A DNA stretch of 63,302 bases, the filler included, from Octopus bimaculoides (Eukaryota): the NCBI RefSeq assembly GCF_001194135.2. It is 6 parts of 6 records of this genome, joined end to end, with 100 filler letters (N's around TTAATTAATTAA, not from the genome) between each part and the next. Parts side by side here need not be neighbours in the genome. Positions count along the whole stretch, not along the records: positions 29,776 to 48,577 come from NC_068993.1; positions 48,678 to 60,885 come from NW_026365539.1; 4 more parts are not named here. One strand, written 5' to 3'. A model generated the notes under the pieces. The model saw only the letters and a program-made list of their open reading frames with translations, did no database searches and had not been told where the DNA came from. This document shows positions 39,304 to 53,320 of this stretch, one piece after another. Within the stretch, counting starts at the first letter, position 1, and every line of letters begins with the position of its first letter. A program made the translations under genes and the position numbers.

Positions 39304-41746
39304 AAATGATATTGAAAATATACACCAATTTACATTCATACAAATGTTTGTTTCTCATGTACAAACATATATGCATTTACACTGATATAAAATGTATGTA
39401 TGTTGGTATATATATATGTGTGTGTGTGTGTGTGTGCATATGCATACGTATATAAGCATGTGTGTGTATGCATGTATATGTATATATATGTGTGTGTGTT
39501 TATATATGCACACAAACACATACACATGTACATGCATATGTATATCTATTTTCATATAAATGTTTGTGTAAGAGAGAGAGAAAAAGAGAGTTAACTGTGA
39601 TTTCATGCTTTTGTGCACACGCACATACAAGAAATTACTGTTCCCTCTCACATATACACACACACATATTTGTAATTCTACAGACATAATTAGAATTAGA
39701 TTCCTTTATCGTTTCAATATCCTGGTCTTAGAATGACTGCATTGTGTTCCTGTGTGCTGTAAGAGGCAAGTGAAAAGGTTGTTGACCGAAAGGGCTTCAA
39801 AAATTCAGTCCAACCTAGGCCAGCCTGGAAAACTGGATATCAAATGAGGATGCTGATGGTAATAATGGTATTCCACACACCACTCACATATATATTTAAG
39901 AATTGTCATATCTTAATAAAGTTTTAACAAGGAGAGGGATAAATGGACACAGTGACTCCTGAGAAACTTAAGGAAACAGAAACTGAAAAAGATGCTTTTG
40001 TTGGTACAATCCACCTTACAACATGGACGCTGAGTGAAAAATATCTGATATTTAAGAAGAACTTACCTTTCAGCATAAATACTATTAAACGATACCAGAG
40101 TAAAACCAAAGTGATAGCATGTTGTCAACTTAATGTGATAGTCCCATGAAAGGGAAGAATGCTACTGTTATTTAGCCCTAGGAAACACCGTTTCCTGTTG
40201 ATAANNNNNNNNNNNNNNNNNNNNNNNNNNNNNNNNNNNNNNNNNNNNNNNNNNNNNNNNNNNNNNNNNNNNNNNNNNNNNNNNNNNNNNNNNNNNNNNN
40301 NNNNNNNNNNNNNNNNNNNNNNNNNNNNNNNNNNNNNNNNNNNNNNNNNNNNNNNNNNNNNNNNNNNNNNNNNNNNNNNNNNNNNNNNNNNNTAGTCCCA
40401 TGAAAGGGAAGAATGCTACTGTTATTTAGCCCTAGGAAACACCGTTTCCTGTTGATAATACACTATCACTTTATCGTGCTGCTACTGCATAAATCTCTCT
40501 GAGAGATTTAGAAATATATTATTTCTATTTTCAGAGTAAAACTATTACCAAATATTTAGCTACAAATATTTCAAAACTATCCTGTTCATTCAAATATAGA
40601 CCGGAGAAAATAATGTTACCTGAATACTTGAAAAACAGGAAATACTTGTTGCTGAATCCTTCCTTCACAACAAAATATCAAAGAAGATATCATTGTGTAA
40701 TCACAAATCTTTTGAAATATATCTTTGCTACCAACTCCTTTGCTTTTGTAGGAACTTCGAAGGATTCTTCTCTGACTTTTTCACATTCTTCCATTCTTCA
40801 AAAAAAAACTTGTGATTATAGATTCATATTGTTGAATTTTACTTTATTTTATTGATCTTATTTCTAACTTCTACCTTTTATAACCAAACTATTTTCTAGT
40901 AATATTCTAAAATTATATTTTGTGTTACTCACTCAGTAAATCTTTTTTTCTGTAATAAATGGTTTCTATTGTCTCTCCCCTATTTATAAATTTATCCAAT
41001 TCAAGTCTCAAGCTGATCCTTTTCCTCGACAATTTATTCTCATACCTTCAAACTCATGGTTCTGTCTTCATGGTCTGCTATCTAATCACCTGCCTCTTAA
41101 CATTGAGCTGCTTTTGTAGGATAAATTTACATCCAACCAAATAACCTCTCTGTATCCATCTTACATGTTATGACCTGATTTAGTATTTATTGGTCCACTA
41201 TAATTGTACAGCAAGAATGCATGATTCTAATTCATACAACTAAACTAAGTTCACTTTTCCAGAAAAATAATTTTTTCATCATTCTAACGCATAAAATCCT
41301 CAACATAATCAGAGATAAGATTCTCAAGCTTTGCATTTATTCTTGTCTCAGCAGATACTTATTTGGTAAATTCTTTTCCTGATTCCTTCGAATATATCAT
41401 CTTGTATGTTTTACTTCCTCTAGAAATCTACTTAAAAAACATAACTTCCAGTTAAATAATATATTCCTGATATTTATAAATTATTTGTGTACGTAACCCA
41501 GTTACTGAGATATAACACCCTTCAAACTAATGGAATTAATTATGTCTCGTTAATTATATTCTGTTAAAATAAAATGATATACAACCCCCATCCTTAATAC
41601 TGTCTGCTCCACCCACACTTTACATGGCTCCCTCCATGGGCCACCAAATCATTTCAACTCCTCCACCATGTTGATGGGTTGGCGTAGTGAATAAATTTAA
41701 TTCGATTTGCTTGAAAATCTTTGATCATAACCTGTTCAGCGCAGAT

Positions 41747-41808
<62 letters not shown>

Positions 41809-43239
41809 NNNNNNNNNNNNNNNNNNNNNNNNNNNNNNNNNNNNNNNNNNNNNNNNNNNNNNNNNNNNNNNNNNNNNNNNNNNNNNNNNNNNNNNNNNNN
41901 NNNNNNNNNNNNNNNNNNNNNNNNNNNNNNNNNNNNNNNNNNNNNNNNNNNNNNNNNNNNNNNNNNNNNNNNNNNNNNNNNNNNNNNNNNNNNNNNNNNN
42001 NNNNNNNNNNNNNNNNNNNNNNNNNNNNNNNNNNNNNNNNNNNNNNNNNNNNNNNNNNNNNNNNNNNNNNNNNNNNNNNNNNNNNNNNNNNNNNNNNNNN
42101 NNNNNNNNNNNNNNNNNNNNNNNNNNNNNNNNNNNNNNNNNNNNNNNNNNNNNNNNNNNNNNNNNNNNNNNNNNNNNNNNNNNNNNNNNNNNNNNNNNNN
42201 NNNNNNNNNNNNNNNNNNNNNNNNNNNNNNNNNNNNNNNNNNNNNNNNNNNNNNNNNNNNNNNNNNNNNNNNNNNNNNNNNNNNNNNNNNNNNNNNNNNN
42301 NNNNNNNNNNNNNNNNNNNNNNNNNNNNNNNNNNNNNNNNNNNNNNNNNNNNNNNNNNNNNNNNNNNNNNNNNNNNNNNNNNNNNNNNNNNNNNNNNCAT
42401 CATCATCATCGCCATCATCATCATCATCATCAGTGTCAAAATAGGGAGGGTCAAGCAGAGTCTTCTGGGTAAGAATTCTGAATGAACAGGAAGTAGTTCA
42501 ACTCCCTCACCCCCACAGTATTAGTGTCCTCCACCCCCTCTTTCCTCCTTCATTTTCTTTTTCATTCATTCATTCATACAGTCGCTCCTTCTTTTCTTTC
42601 TTTTTAATTTCTTTTAAAGGAGGCTTCATGTTCTAACGAGGCCAGGCTGTTTACAAAAAAATTAAACGAGGAAGTCTGACCTCAATAATAAAGAACAAAC
42701 CAAAAAACAAATAAAACAACAAAAACCATATAAGTTTCTTATATTTTCTGCACTCATTCTGAAAGTCTTTTGGTTAGCACCAGTCACAGAAGTCGGTTGT
42801 CATTCTAATTTCTGTTTAATGTGGTATTTTGTGATTCTATTTATTTATTTATTTTTTTTTGTATGTGTGGGAGTAAAGTAAGGAATGAGAGACCTGTTCG
42901 TTGTACTGAAGTTCTTCGTTGGGTGCTTGTGGCCTCGATTGGGTTGCTTATAATGGTATGCTTCTTGAGAAATGGCGGAGGTGGCTTCCAGTAATCCGTT
43001 CCACTGAAAGTTGAACAGGATATGAGATTTATATGATTTCAAGGTTCTTGTGACTTTTCCATCACAACTTCTTAAGAATCAGCAAGCAACAGACATCGAA
43101 GGAAGGCGGCATTTAATGGTAGGCGGCAATAGACCGAAGGTAACGTTTCTGTGATTTTAAGTTCTTAGTTGTTCAGGCTTTCACAGACAGACTCAGTCAA
43201 TGGAATATTTATTGTACAAACAACTCTGAGATGGCTCAG

Positions 43240-43300
<61 letters not shown>

Positions 43301-44339
43301 NNNNNNNNNNNNNNNNNNNNNNNNNNNNNNNNNNNNNNNNNNNNNNNNNNNNNNNNNNNNNNNNNNNNNNNNNNNNNNNNNNNNNNNNNNNNNNNNNNNN
43401 NNNNNNNNNNNNNNNNNNNNNATACACCCCCTCCCTATATACACCCCCTCCCTATATACACCCCCTCAGTGGTACTGTAGTGAGTATACCACCAGGGACT
43501 CTAAGCAAGCAATCGCCCAAACTATGGAACAGCATTTACAAATATTTAAATGTTTTTCTTTTTTAGTGGTTTCATCAGAAACGAAAGGCAGCGTTTCTGA
43601 TCCTATATGGGGTCTCTGTCACTAATGGGGAGGGGGGGGGGAGAAGAGATAAAGTTCTCCTCTGATCAGAATCCATGCCAAATGATACTCAAAGGCCAGG
43701 TGGTGGTGATAAATTGAATAGGAATGGTCTTTCTGGTAGGTTTCAGTACAGTTTCTACCAACCAAATATCACTTACAAGGTTCCAGTTAATCTGTAGCTA
43801 TTGCAGAAGATTCTTGTCCAAGATGAGAATTGAACCCAAAACCATGGAGAATTGAAGCAATTTTCTTGAGCAAGTAGCTGGGCCTGCATCCATTATGAAA
43901 GGTAGGTTCTACTTTTGTAAGTTTTTTTCCGAAAATAACTCAAGACAAACCTGATTAAAACACTGTTTGTTTTTAAAAAAAGCAGGTTAAAGATCACTGG
44001 ACTGGAAGCACAAAATGGTTAAATACATTCCTAGAAGAGCTGAGTTTCGCAGGTAATTTATGAACTGTTATGGAACTCTGAGAGGAAAATATATATAAAG
44101 AAAAATTGAAATAAAAACCAAACTAATAAAGAAATTACAAAAATGCTAACAGGTAGCAGCAGAAAGTTGGTTAAACAGAGAAATGGTTGTGAGGAACATT
44201 TGGTAAAAATTTGCCAAATTCTTTCACTAATGGGAACTGCTTAACAAAGTTTAGCAGCAAACTTATTGATATAGTTTTTATTCTTTTAGAAAATGCCACT
44301 AAGGTGAAAGAATCCTGAATATAAAAATCTTCAGCCATC

Positions 44340-44748
44340 ATCATCTTTGGTAATGCTTAGTGGCATTTTGACGGCATCAACTTTGCTTTTCATCCTTTCA
44401 CATACAATAAAATAAATACCAGTTGAGTACTGGGGATTGATGCAATAGAGTAGCTCCCACCTCCTCCAAAATCCCAAATAATAATTTCTGCCATAGGCAC
44501 AAGGCCTGGAATTTTGAGGGGAGAGGACTAGTCAATTACATTGAANNNNNNNNNNCTGGAATTTTGAGGGGAGAGGACTAGTCAATTACATTGAACCCTG
44601 GTGAGTAACTGGTACTTATTTTATCAACCCCTAAAAGATTGACAGACAAAGTCAGCTTCAGCAGAATTTGAACTCAGAACGTAAAGATGGACAACATGCT
44701 GCTGAGCATCCTGCCCGGTGTTTTAACGATTCTGACAGCTCACTCGCC
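44340..44748. mobile_element. Convergent pair of SINE family C copies (plus ~44340-44480; minus ~44490-44748)
   Basis: CAACTTTGCTTTTCATCCTTTC...AAATACCAGTTGAGTACTGGGG on plus; AAAGTCAGCTTCAGCAGAATTTGAACTCAGAACG on the reverse copy. Confidence 0.7.
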
Positions 44749-44749
44749 T

Positions 44750-44781
<32 letters not shown>

Positions 44782-45384
44782 TTAATAATAATAATAATAA
44801 TAATTTCCAATTTTGGTAAGATTTCATAGTTGTATTGTCAGTAGAATTGACTTCAGAATAATGAAAGACAAAATCAATTTAATTAATCTGAGGACTTTGA
44901 CTAGAAATAATTTCATCAATTCCTAAAGAAGGAAAAGTGAAAGGCTAAGTCAATCACTGCATCAGGGGGCAAGTGATGGAATCATTCAGAGGGAAATGAA
45001 TTTGTCTGGCGTTCTACTGATTATGCCATTTGAAATTCTTCAGAAATATTAATCAGAAACAACAACAACAATGACGACGACGACTGTTGTTTCTAGCAAG
45101 TTTGGTGACCATGTAAACGTTTTCTCATTGACATGTTGGAGCGTGGTGGTGGTGATGGGGGTAAGGGAATTGTTGTTATTTTTAGTGTGTATGTGGAGAG
45201 GGGTATGTTTTGTGTGTGTGTGTGTGCGTGTCTGTGTGCATGTTTGAGGTGGTAGTGGGGGGAATGGGGGTACGCATGAAGAGGTTTCAGAAAGGAGGGA
45301 TTAAAAGCGTGTGTGTGTGTGTGTGTGTGTATGAGAGAAAGCAAGAGAAAGGGGGAGAGAGTGAAAGAAAGAGAGAGAGAGAGG

Positions 45385-45424
<40 letters not shown>

Positions 45425-46468
45425 CTTCGTTATAATTAAGTGATTAAGTAATTCTATTAGTCTCAATGTCTTTTTTTTTCCTCTTTTGTTTTGTTACTTT
45501 TTTTGTTGTTTTTTTTAGCATTTTTCTTGTGAGACTTGTTGCAAGGATTTTGTTACTGAAGAACCTGAAAATACATCAAAGTTCTGAGATTAAATCTTGG
45601 AGAATTGTTTCTAACTTTAATTACTTTCCTGACAACTGGAAGACAGCTTCATTGAGAAGGATGAGAGAGACCATACTTAACAATGATAATAATAATGATA
45701 ATAATAATAATAATAATAATAATATGTCAGTCTACTTCATTTTTTTAAATATATTATCCTTTGATTGGCTCCAAGTGTCCCCTCGTTATGGGGGACCTTT
45801 TCCTTGTTCCCATTTTATTGACATAAACTTCATACTGTTATGTATTCCCAATCCTTATTCTGTTTCTAAAATGTCTTGAAATTTTGATAATAATATATAG
45901 CAACTTTATTTTATATACTTTTGACCTAGGTGCCTTGTGATAATACTTCCCTTGCTCCATTATAAACTGGTCTGCAAGTAGAGAACCCCCACTCCCATAG
46001 TAGTTTGTCACCAAACCCTAAGAAATTTTATAACCATATCATCCATGTTTACTGTCTATACTGTTTACCCCTAACCCTAACCCTAACCCTACAAAGAAAA
46101 TGCCAGTCTCCTCTTCCTATTAAGCTTTGGATCACTAGGTGTGATAGGATGGTCCATAAATCAGAACCCAAAAAACAAATAAATCAGTGACAGTTAAAAA
46201 TCTGCTTAGAATTAATTCCTAGCCTGTATGGTCTGGCTAAGTCAAAATGGTTTTCTCTGTATTCTTCCTTTCTACTTGGAGAGTTTAAATGTAGTTATAA
46301 AAATATGTCCTTCTGTTGAAATGGAATTTCATTAAATTTCTATATCTTTGTGCAACTGAGGATTGCTCTGCATATTACATTTGATGTAATGCTCACATTG
46401 CTTAAATAAATGGAGTCGCATGAAACGATCATACAGCATTACCTTTGGATATCCTTGTTGCTTATTTT

Positions 46469-46541
<73 letters not shown>

Positions 46542-46548
46542 TATATAT

Positions 46549-46581
<33 letters not shown>

Positions 46582-46586
46582 TGCAT

Positions 46587-46618
<32 letters not shown>

Positions 46619-46619
46619 G

Positions 46620-46745
46620 GGTTCTACAGTTTCCACATACTGAATCTACACACAAACATTGGTTTAGATCTGTGCTAAAGTAGAAGATGCTTTCCCAAAG
46701 TGCCATGCAGCGGGATTGAACCTGAAACCATATGGTTGGGAAGTG
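46620..46745 (-). mobile_element. Degenerate SINE family B, 5' half
   Basis: CAGTTTCCA..TAC..AATCTAC...CCCAAAGTGCCATGCAGCGGGATTGAACC, preceded by TA/GA/CA microsatellites. Confidence 0.6.
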
Positions 46746-47661
46746 CATATATATATAGAGCTTTGACTGTGTTATTTATGTTTTGTTTCTCTCAGAAATC
46801 CAACAGGAATATCTTATTTTTCAACTTGAACTGATTAGAACCTGTGATCTGTTTGTTCACGGTTGAGGGGATTTCTTGATTTTGCTTGTGTTTTTATTAT
46901 TATTATTTAATCTGAGACGGTTATTTTTAAACACTCACCACTTGTTCTAATCAGAAGTTATTGAGTGTGGAAAATTTATGTGAGAGATAATCAGCATCAG
47001 TGAATAAGTTTTACAGCAAAGGGAAAATGAATTGATGGGTGTTTTGAACTAACTATATAATTATATACATACATATACACACCCATACATATATGTTCAT
47101 ATGTATGTAGGTAAGAAGAGAAAACAGCAGGGTAGACTAAACACACAACTTTACCAGATATGATAAGAAATAATGAAATAGTTAAGTGATAGGGAAAGGC
47201 TATGGCATCATTTTCTCATTATTTTCGTTTCTCTTATCTCTCACCTCTCCACCATTTACTGCTAATATTACAGAAGTTTCACTTCTGATTGGCTAACAGC
47301 ATCCATTCTTCATTAGAATTGATGCTTTGAGTTAAGTCTGTTTCTGACCTCATCGTTCTGGGTTCAGTCTTAGGATAATGGGTTTGAACCAAGATATCAC
47401 AGAACCCTTATTATCTACAATATCCATTCCATTACCTCATAGATTATGTCTTCAGATCCTAATGCAGAAGTTCCTTGGTTGTCTTTGCCTTTTATTTTTC
47501 AAGAACCAAGAAAGCAGCCGTTTATTCTTAATAATATTTTGGGAGAGACCTACTTGAATATTTCCCCTCTCTTCCACACACACACACACATGGAAGAATA
47601 TCTTTGATAAGTATTGAAAATACCTTCAGAGTCTAAAATATAAAACGAGACATTTAAATAG

Positions 47662-47785
47662 ATACCAGCACCCAAAAGGATGAAAGACAAAGTTGATTTC
47701 AGTGGAATTTGAATTCAAATCGTAAAGATGGACAATACGCTACTAAGCATTTTGTCTGGCATGATAACAGTTCTGTCAGCTCACC
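47662..47785 (-). mobile_element. SINE family C fragment
   Basis: AAAAGGATGAAAGACAAAGTTGAT...GAATTTGAATTC...CTAAGCATTT...CTGTCAGCTCACC. Confidence 0.7.
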
Positions 47786-47793
47786 ACAATAAT

Positions 47794-48162
47794 AACAAGA
47801 GCACTCAGGGAGCACAAACCTCTGCCAAGGCGATACCAATGTCCTCTCAACGATTAGCCAGAGATGATTTTTAAAATGAGAATATCTGAAATAAACTTGA
47901 CTACTCTCACAAATGAGAATACGAAAAATGTACCCGACCGTTCTCAAAAATTAAGTAGAAAAAGCAAGAAAAATAATCCAGAATCCTTGTCTGGTACTGG
48001 ATCGATCCCAAAATCTAATCAGTTTGTGCCAGTCACGAGGCCAAACATCCCTGAAAGTTTCATCCAAATCCATTCAGCAGTTCTTGAGAAATCTTGACCA
48101 TGGACAAATAGACAAACATGACTGAAAAACAATACCTCCACCCTCGCTAAGACAGAGGTGAT
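47794..48162 (-). mobile_element. Non-autonomous Helentron-type element (HINE/DINE-1-like architecture)
   Basis: Subterminal inverted motifs ACCTCTGCCAAGG / CTAAGACAGAGGT, a short (TTTG/TCTG)-like repeat near one end, a small stem-loop (GTGCTC-CCT-GAGTGC) and a T-rich opposite end. The classification is inferred from architecture. Confidence 0.55.
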
Positions 48163-48178
48163 AATAATAATAATAATA

Positions 48179-48214
<36 letters not shown>

Positions 48215-48286
48215 GTGATGATGGTGATGGTGATGATGATGATGATGGTGATGGTGATGATGATGATGATGGTGATGGTGATGATA
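48160..48286. repeat. Compound (ATA)n-(ATG/GTG)n trinucleotide repeat
   Basis: Seen directly; source of the poly-H and poly-I ORFs. Confidence 0.9.
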
Positions 48287-48287
48287 A

Positions 48288-48500
48288 TCCTTTCTAGTAT
48301 AGGCAGAAGGCCAGACATTTTGCCTGAAGGGGTCTAGTTGATTAATCAATCCCAGTGTACAACAGGTGCTAATTCTATTGACACCCCACCCCACACACCG
48401 ACACCACCAAGAAAAAAACCAAAATGGAAGATGAAGTTGACTCTGGCAGGATTTGAACTCAGAGCATAAAGAGTCAGAGGAATTGCTGCTAAGCATTTTG
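48288..48500 (-). mobile_element. SINE family C (degenerate)
   Basis: TTCTAGTATAGGCAGAAGGCC tail ... GATGAAGTTGACTCTGGCAGGATTTGAACTCAGAGC. Confidence 0.65.
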
Positions 48501-49703
48501 ATTGATGCACCAGGGATTCTGCAGAACTCCCTACCTACCTTCCTCCTCCTCCTCCTCCTCCTCCTCCTCCTGATGATNNNNNNNNNNNNNNNNNNNNNNN
48601 NNNNNNNNNNNNNNNNNNNNNTTAATTAATTAANNNNNNNNNNNNNNNNNNNNNNNNNNNNNNNNNNNNNNNNNNNNATATATATATATATATAAGTTAC
48701 GACGCAAAAACGTAATATTCAAATGAACATATTTATCTTCTTCATTATATATTTCAGTATAAAGAATTCATTAAGAGACTTAATAAATCAAAATTTCTTT
48801 ACACATTTTCAGGAATAAATATAGCATCAGAAAAACTACATTATAATAATAATAATAATCATAATATTAATAATAATAATGTAATTCCGTGCCCAAAGAA
48901 AAGTCGCGTAAGTAATTGCATAAATAGATACAGATGGACTAAGAAGTCCAAGCTGGTGAGATTACAATTCACAATAATCCAAAGAGGAAGTCTTCAAATG
49001 AATCTATTAAATAGAAAGAGTCTTACTATTTATGTAAAATATATGTTTATTTATTGTACTGCAGTTGAAATCTGGAATTGGGTGGGCGTATTAGGAGTGT
49101 TATCTCTATTTAATCTACATCGACAGACAGCATTGTAGAATGTGAAGCAATAATATATAGTAACGAGACCCGTAGAGAAATCCACGCTGAAAGTCAGTAA
49201 ATGTGAAAGCACGGTCTTAGTACATTTAAACACTAGAAAAGAATTTTTTTTTTTTTTAAATTCTTTTGAAATCCTCCCATTTAATAAAAGCTGTACTTTT
49301 AAATATAATCGAAATAAACTTAGAAGGTATTGCTTATTTACCTTATTTTAATGTGTTTGACAGATGCTTGACTATTCATAGGTTACGGACATAAAAGATG
49401 ATTTAAAAAATATAAGACTTATCTGTGTGTGTGTGTTTGTAAATATATTAAAAATACGCTGTTCGTCTGCCACCGAGGATCGGTCCATGTTATTTATAAA
49501 TTGAGACTATTTTTCGTTTCTTTTCATTTCAGTATTTTAGTTTAGTTTCTTACCTCTTTGTATGTCTATATGCCTATTAATATATTTCTCTACCTGCACA
49601 TCTATTGATGCATCTGTAGACTCAACTACGTGTCTATCCATATATCTATCAATCTATCTACGTATCTGTCTATCTATCCAGCTATGTATCTCTCCCCCTC
49701 TCT

Positions 49704-49763
<60 letters not shown>

Positions 49764-50219
49764 NNNNNNNNNNNNNNNNNNNNNNNNNNNNNNNNNNNNN
49801 NNNNNNNNNNNNNNNNNNNNNNNNNNNNNNNNNNNNNNNNNNNNNNNNNNNNNNNNNNNNNNNNNNNNNNNNNNNNNNNNNNNNNNNNNNNNNNNNNNNN
49901 NNNNNNNNNNNNNNNNNNNNNNNNNNNNNNNNNNNNNNNNNNNNNNNNNNNNNNNNNNNNNNNNNNNNNNNNNNNNNNNNNNNNNNNNNNNNNNNNNNNN
50001 NNNNNNNNNNNNNNNNNNNNNNNNNNNNNNNNNNNNNNNNNNNNNNNNNNNNNNNNNNNNNNNNNNNNNNNNNNNNNNNNNNNNNNNNNNNNNNNNNNNN
50101 NNNNNNNNNNNNNNNNNNNNNNNNNNNNNNNNNNNNNNNNNNNNNNNNNNNNNNNNNNNNNNNNNNNNNNNNNNNNNNNNNNNNNNNNNNNNNNNNNNNN
50201 NNNNNNNNNNNNNNNNNNN

Positions 50220-50258
<39 letters not shown>

Positions 50259-50271
50259 TGTGTGTGTGTGT

Positions 50272-50432
50272 GATGGGCTTCTTTCAGTTTACGTCTACCA
50301 AATCCATTCACGCGCTTTTGGCTCGCCCGAGGCTATGATAGAAAACACCCAAGCTGAAACACGGTGGGACTGAACCCGGGACCATGTGGTCGGGAAGCAA
50401 GCTTCTTACCACACAAGCACACCCGTGCCTAC
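50272..50432 (-). mobile_element. SINE family B, 5' half abutting (TG)/(TGCG)n
   Basis: GGGCTTCTTTCAGTTT.CGTCTACCAAATCCA...GGGACTGAACCCGG.ACCATGTGG...CTTACCACAC. Confidence 0.75.
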
Positions 50433-51065
50433 AAATAGGAGCAATTTATATCATATAAGTAGATTACAATTAAGTAAGCGGATAACTGGTAATACTCGAA
50501 TGAACATTATTGTTTGTACGATTGTCAAAATGATTGTAAAAATCTTTATATGTCAATTATAATCTCCCAATAATTGTGGCGGTGCCGAGGATCCATCGGC
50601 AATCAATAATGGCATTAAAATCTTCAGCAGAAACTTAGGAGAAAACGCTTATATCCAAAACCTTGAATAGTATTACTATAAAGTTCTCGGGAAGAGGATT
50701 AAACATCTTCTTTTATATATACATATATATGTCTGTGTGTGTGCATGTATGTATGTGTATATATATATAAGAACCAATTAAGGTTCAGTTGAATTAGGTA
50801 CTTAAGTTTAAGCACCAAGCTTCTTATTTTGTGTATGTATATGTATATGTGTATATGTATATATATGTGCCTGTGTGTGTGTATATGTATGTGTATATAT
50901 CTATATGTATGTATATATATATATGTGTATGTGTGTGTATATATATGTATGTATATGTATGTATATGGATATATACATGGATGAATATATGTATTTAGAT
51001 GTATATATATTTATGTATGTACCTATGTACATGTATATAGATGTATATATAGGTGTGTATGTATG

Positions 51066-51105
<40 letters not shown>

Positions 51106-51115
51106 NNNNNNNNNN

Positions 51116-51188
<73 letters not shown>

Positions 51189-51231
51189 AACTATATACAT
51201 GTGTGTACGTATATGTATATATATATGTATG

Positions 51232-51303
<72 letters not shown>

Positions 51304-52045
51304 TGTATATCAGTCGCATAGGCTCAGCTCAACTCCTCTCTTCATCTGACACCAGCCTCACCTCCTCTCTTCATTTGACATCAACCCTACATCACTCCAC
51401 GAACACGAGCACTGGCTACGTCTCGGCAACCACACCACACACCATCATCCACACATATCTTCAATAGCGTCATCGCACATACCACCATGAGCAGCCACAC
51501 ATTCAGTTTAACACAGTACACACAACACACACCATCGTGCACACTACCCACACCCACACATAATACCTAAATAAAGACCAATATATACATACACCACACA
51601 CATAAACACTNNNNNNNNNNNNNNNNNNNNNNNNNNNNNNNNNNNNNNNNNNNNNNNNNNNNNNNNNNNNNNNNNNNNNNNNNNNNNNNNNNNNNNNNNN
51701 NNNNNNNNNNNNNNNNNNNNNNNNNNNNNNNNNNNNNNNNNNNNNNNNNNNNNNNNNNNNNNNNNNNNNNNNNNNNNNNNNNNNNNNNNNNNNNNNNNNN
51801 NNNNNNNNNNNNNNNNNNNNNNNNNNNNNNNNNNNNNNNNACATAATACCTAAATAAAGACCAATATATACATACACCACACACATAAACACTGACACAC
51901 ACTGTCACAGACACACACACATACATCGACCTTGGTGAACATCTTGTCTTTTAAACAAACAAACAAACAAACAAACATGAGCGTTTTTCTGCGTTGAATG
52001 GAGAAGCGGTGACGAGTGACAATTCTGTAAAGAACGATAACCCTT

Positions 52046-52465
52046 TTTTTACTTTTTTACTTGTTTCAGTCATTTGACTACGGCCATGCTGGAGCACCGC
52101 CTTTAGTCGAGCAAATCGCCCCCAGGACTTATTCTTTGTAAGCCTAGTACTTATTCTATCGGTCTCTTTTCCCGAACCGCTAAGTTACGGGAACGTAAAT
52201 ACACCAGCATCGGTTGTCAAGTGATGTTGGGGGGGGGGGCAAACACAGACACACAAACATATACACACACATACATATATATATATATATACATATATAC
52301 GATGATGATCTTACAGTTTCCGTCTACCAAATCCACTCACAAGGCTTTGGTCGGCCCGAAGCTATAATAGAAGACACTTGCTCAAGGTGCCACGCAGTGG
52401 GACTGAACCCGGAACCATGTGGTACGTAAGCAAGCTACTTACCACACAGTCACTCCTGCGCCTAT
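52046..52465 (-). mobile_element. Full-length bipartite SINE family B (head + CORE-like box, internal microsatellite, distal half, short repeat tail)
   Basis: Colinear with 56567-57014 on both sides of the internal CA/TA tract at ~52240-52300. Confidence 0.85.
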
Positions 52466-53026
52466 ATATATATATATATATATACTCTCAATATAAAATA
52501 GTGTACATTTAAACACAACAGAAAAACTACCTTCAACAGGTAGTTTTTTGCACGCTAGTAGTCAAAACGACCAAAACCACATTTGGTGAATTTTCTAAAA
52601 ATTTACTACACTATATATATTTTACGTATATATATACACACACACAGAATGAGTGATGTAGATATGTGCACATCTACAATATTCTTGAGCTTCGTCTGTG
52701 TCTCACGCTTACGCCAAAACAGGATTAAGTTTATTTTCTTTATAATGTAAGGAGTTTTGGTAATAAAATAAGATCGATCGCTGAATGGTTAGGAAAATAA
52801 TTTTAATGATTATGCGAAAGACTGACATTATATAATGGTAATAGCTATAAAAAGACACATTAATGAGTTATATCATAAGGTATCAAATATAAAATATAAT
52901 TACGGAAAGTATATGTATTGATGGAAGAAATATTTTACATTCATACGAACATAAATAATACTGTGTAGCAAGATTTTTGTCCTTACGTACCAACTGTTAT
53001 TTTCTATTTGTTTACGCTATGGCTAA

Positions 53027-53320
53027 GCTGAGCACTCCACAGACACGTGTACCCTTAACGTAGTTCTCGGGGAGATTCAGCGTGACACAGTGTGACAAGG
53101 CTGACCCTTTGAATTACAGGCACAACAGAAACAGGAAGTAAGAGTGAGAGAAAGTTGTGGCGGAAGAGTACAGCAGGGTTCGCCACCATCCCCTGCCGGA
53201 GCCTCGTGGAGCTTTAGGTGTTTTCGCTCAATAAACACTCACAACGCCCGGTGTGGGAATCGAAACCGCGATCCTATGACCGCGAGTCCGCTGCCCTAAC
53301 CACTGGGCCATTGAGCTTCC
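53027..53320 (-). mobile_element. SINE family A, 3'-truncated
   Basis: Near-identical to 1-336. Confidence 0.85.

Noticed and set aside
40137-40459. Identical ~66-bp sequence on both sides of an N gap (same pattern at 44507-44596, 51556-51891 and probably 58287-58792)
   Set aside because: This is typical of unmerged overlapping contig ends (false duplication), not biological direct repeats.
43090-44065. Possible plus-strand mini-exons (MVGGNRPK|GTAACG at ~43116-43140; VKDHWTGSTKWLNTFLEELSFA|GTAATT at ~43987-44053)
   Set aside because: Donor-like sites exist, but the acceptor is weak, there is no recognisable protein similarity and no supporting exon chain.
45530-45600. HFSCETCCKDF...LKIHQ zinc-finger-like peptide
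   Set aside because: It needs a frameshift, lacks the second His and is single; it may be chance.
46069-46091. Short (CCCTAA)n run, and (TTAGGG)n at ~39087-39102
   Set aside because: Only 2-4 units each; such runs are common inside repeats and are too short to call interstitial telomeres.
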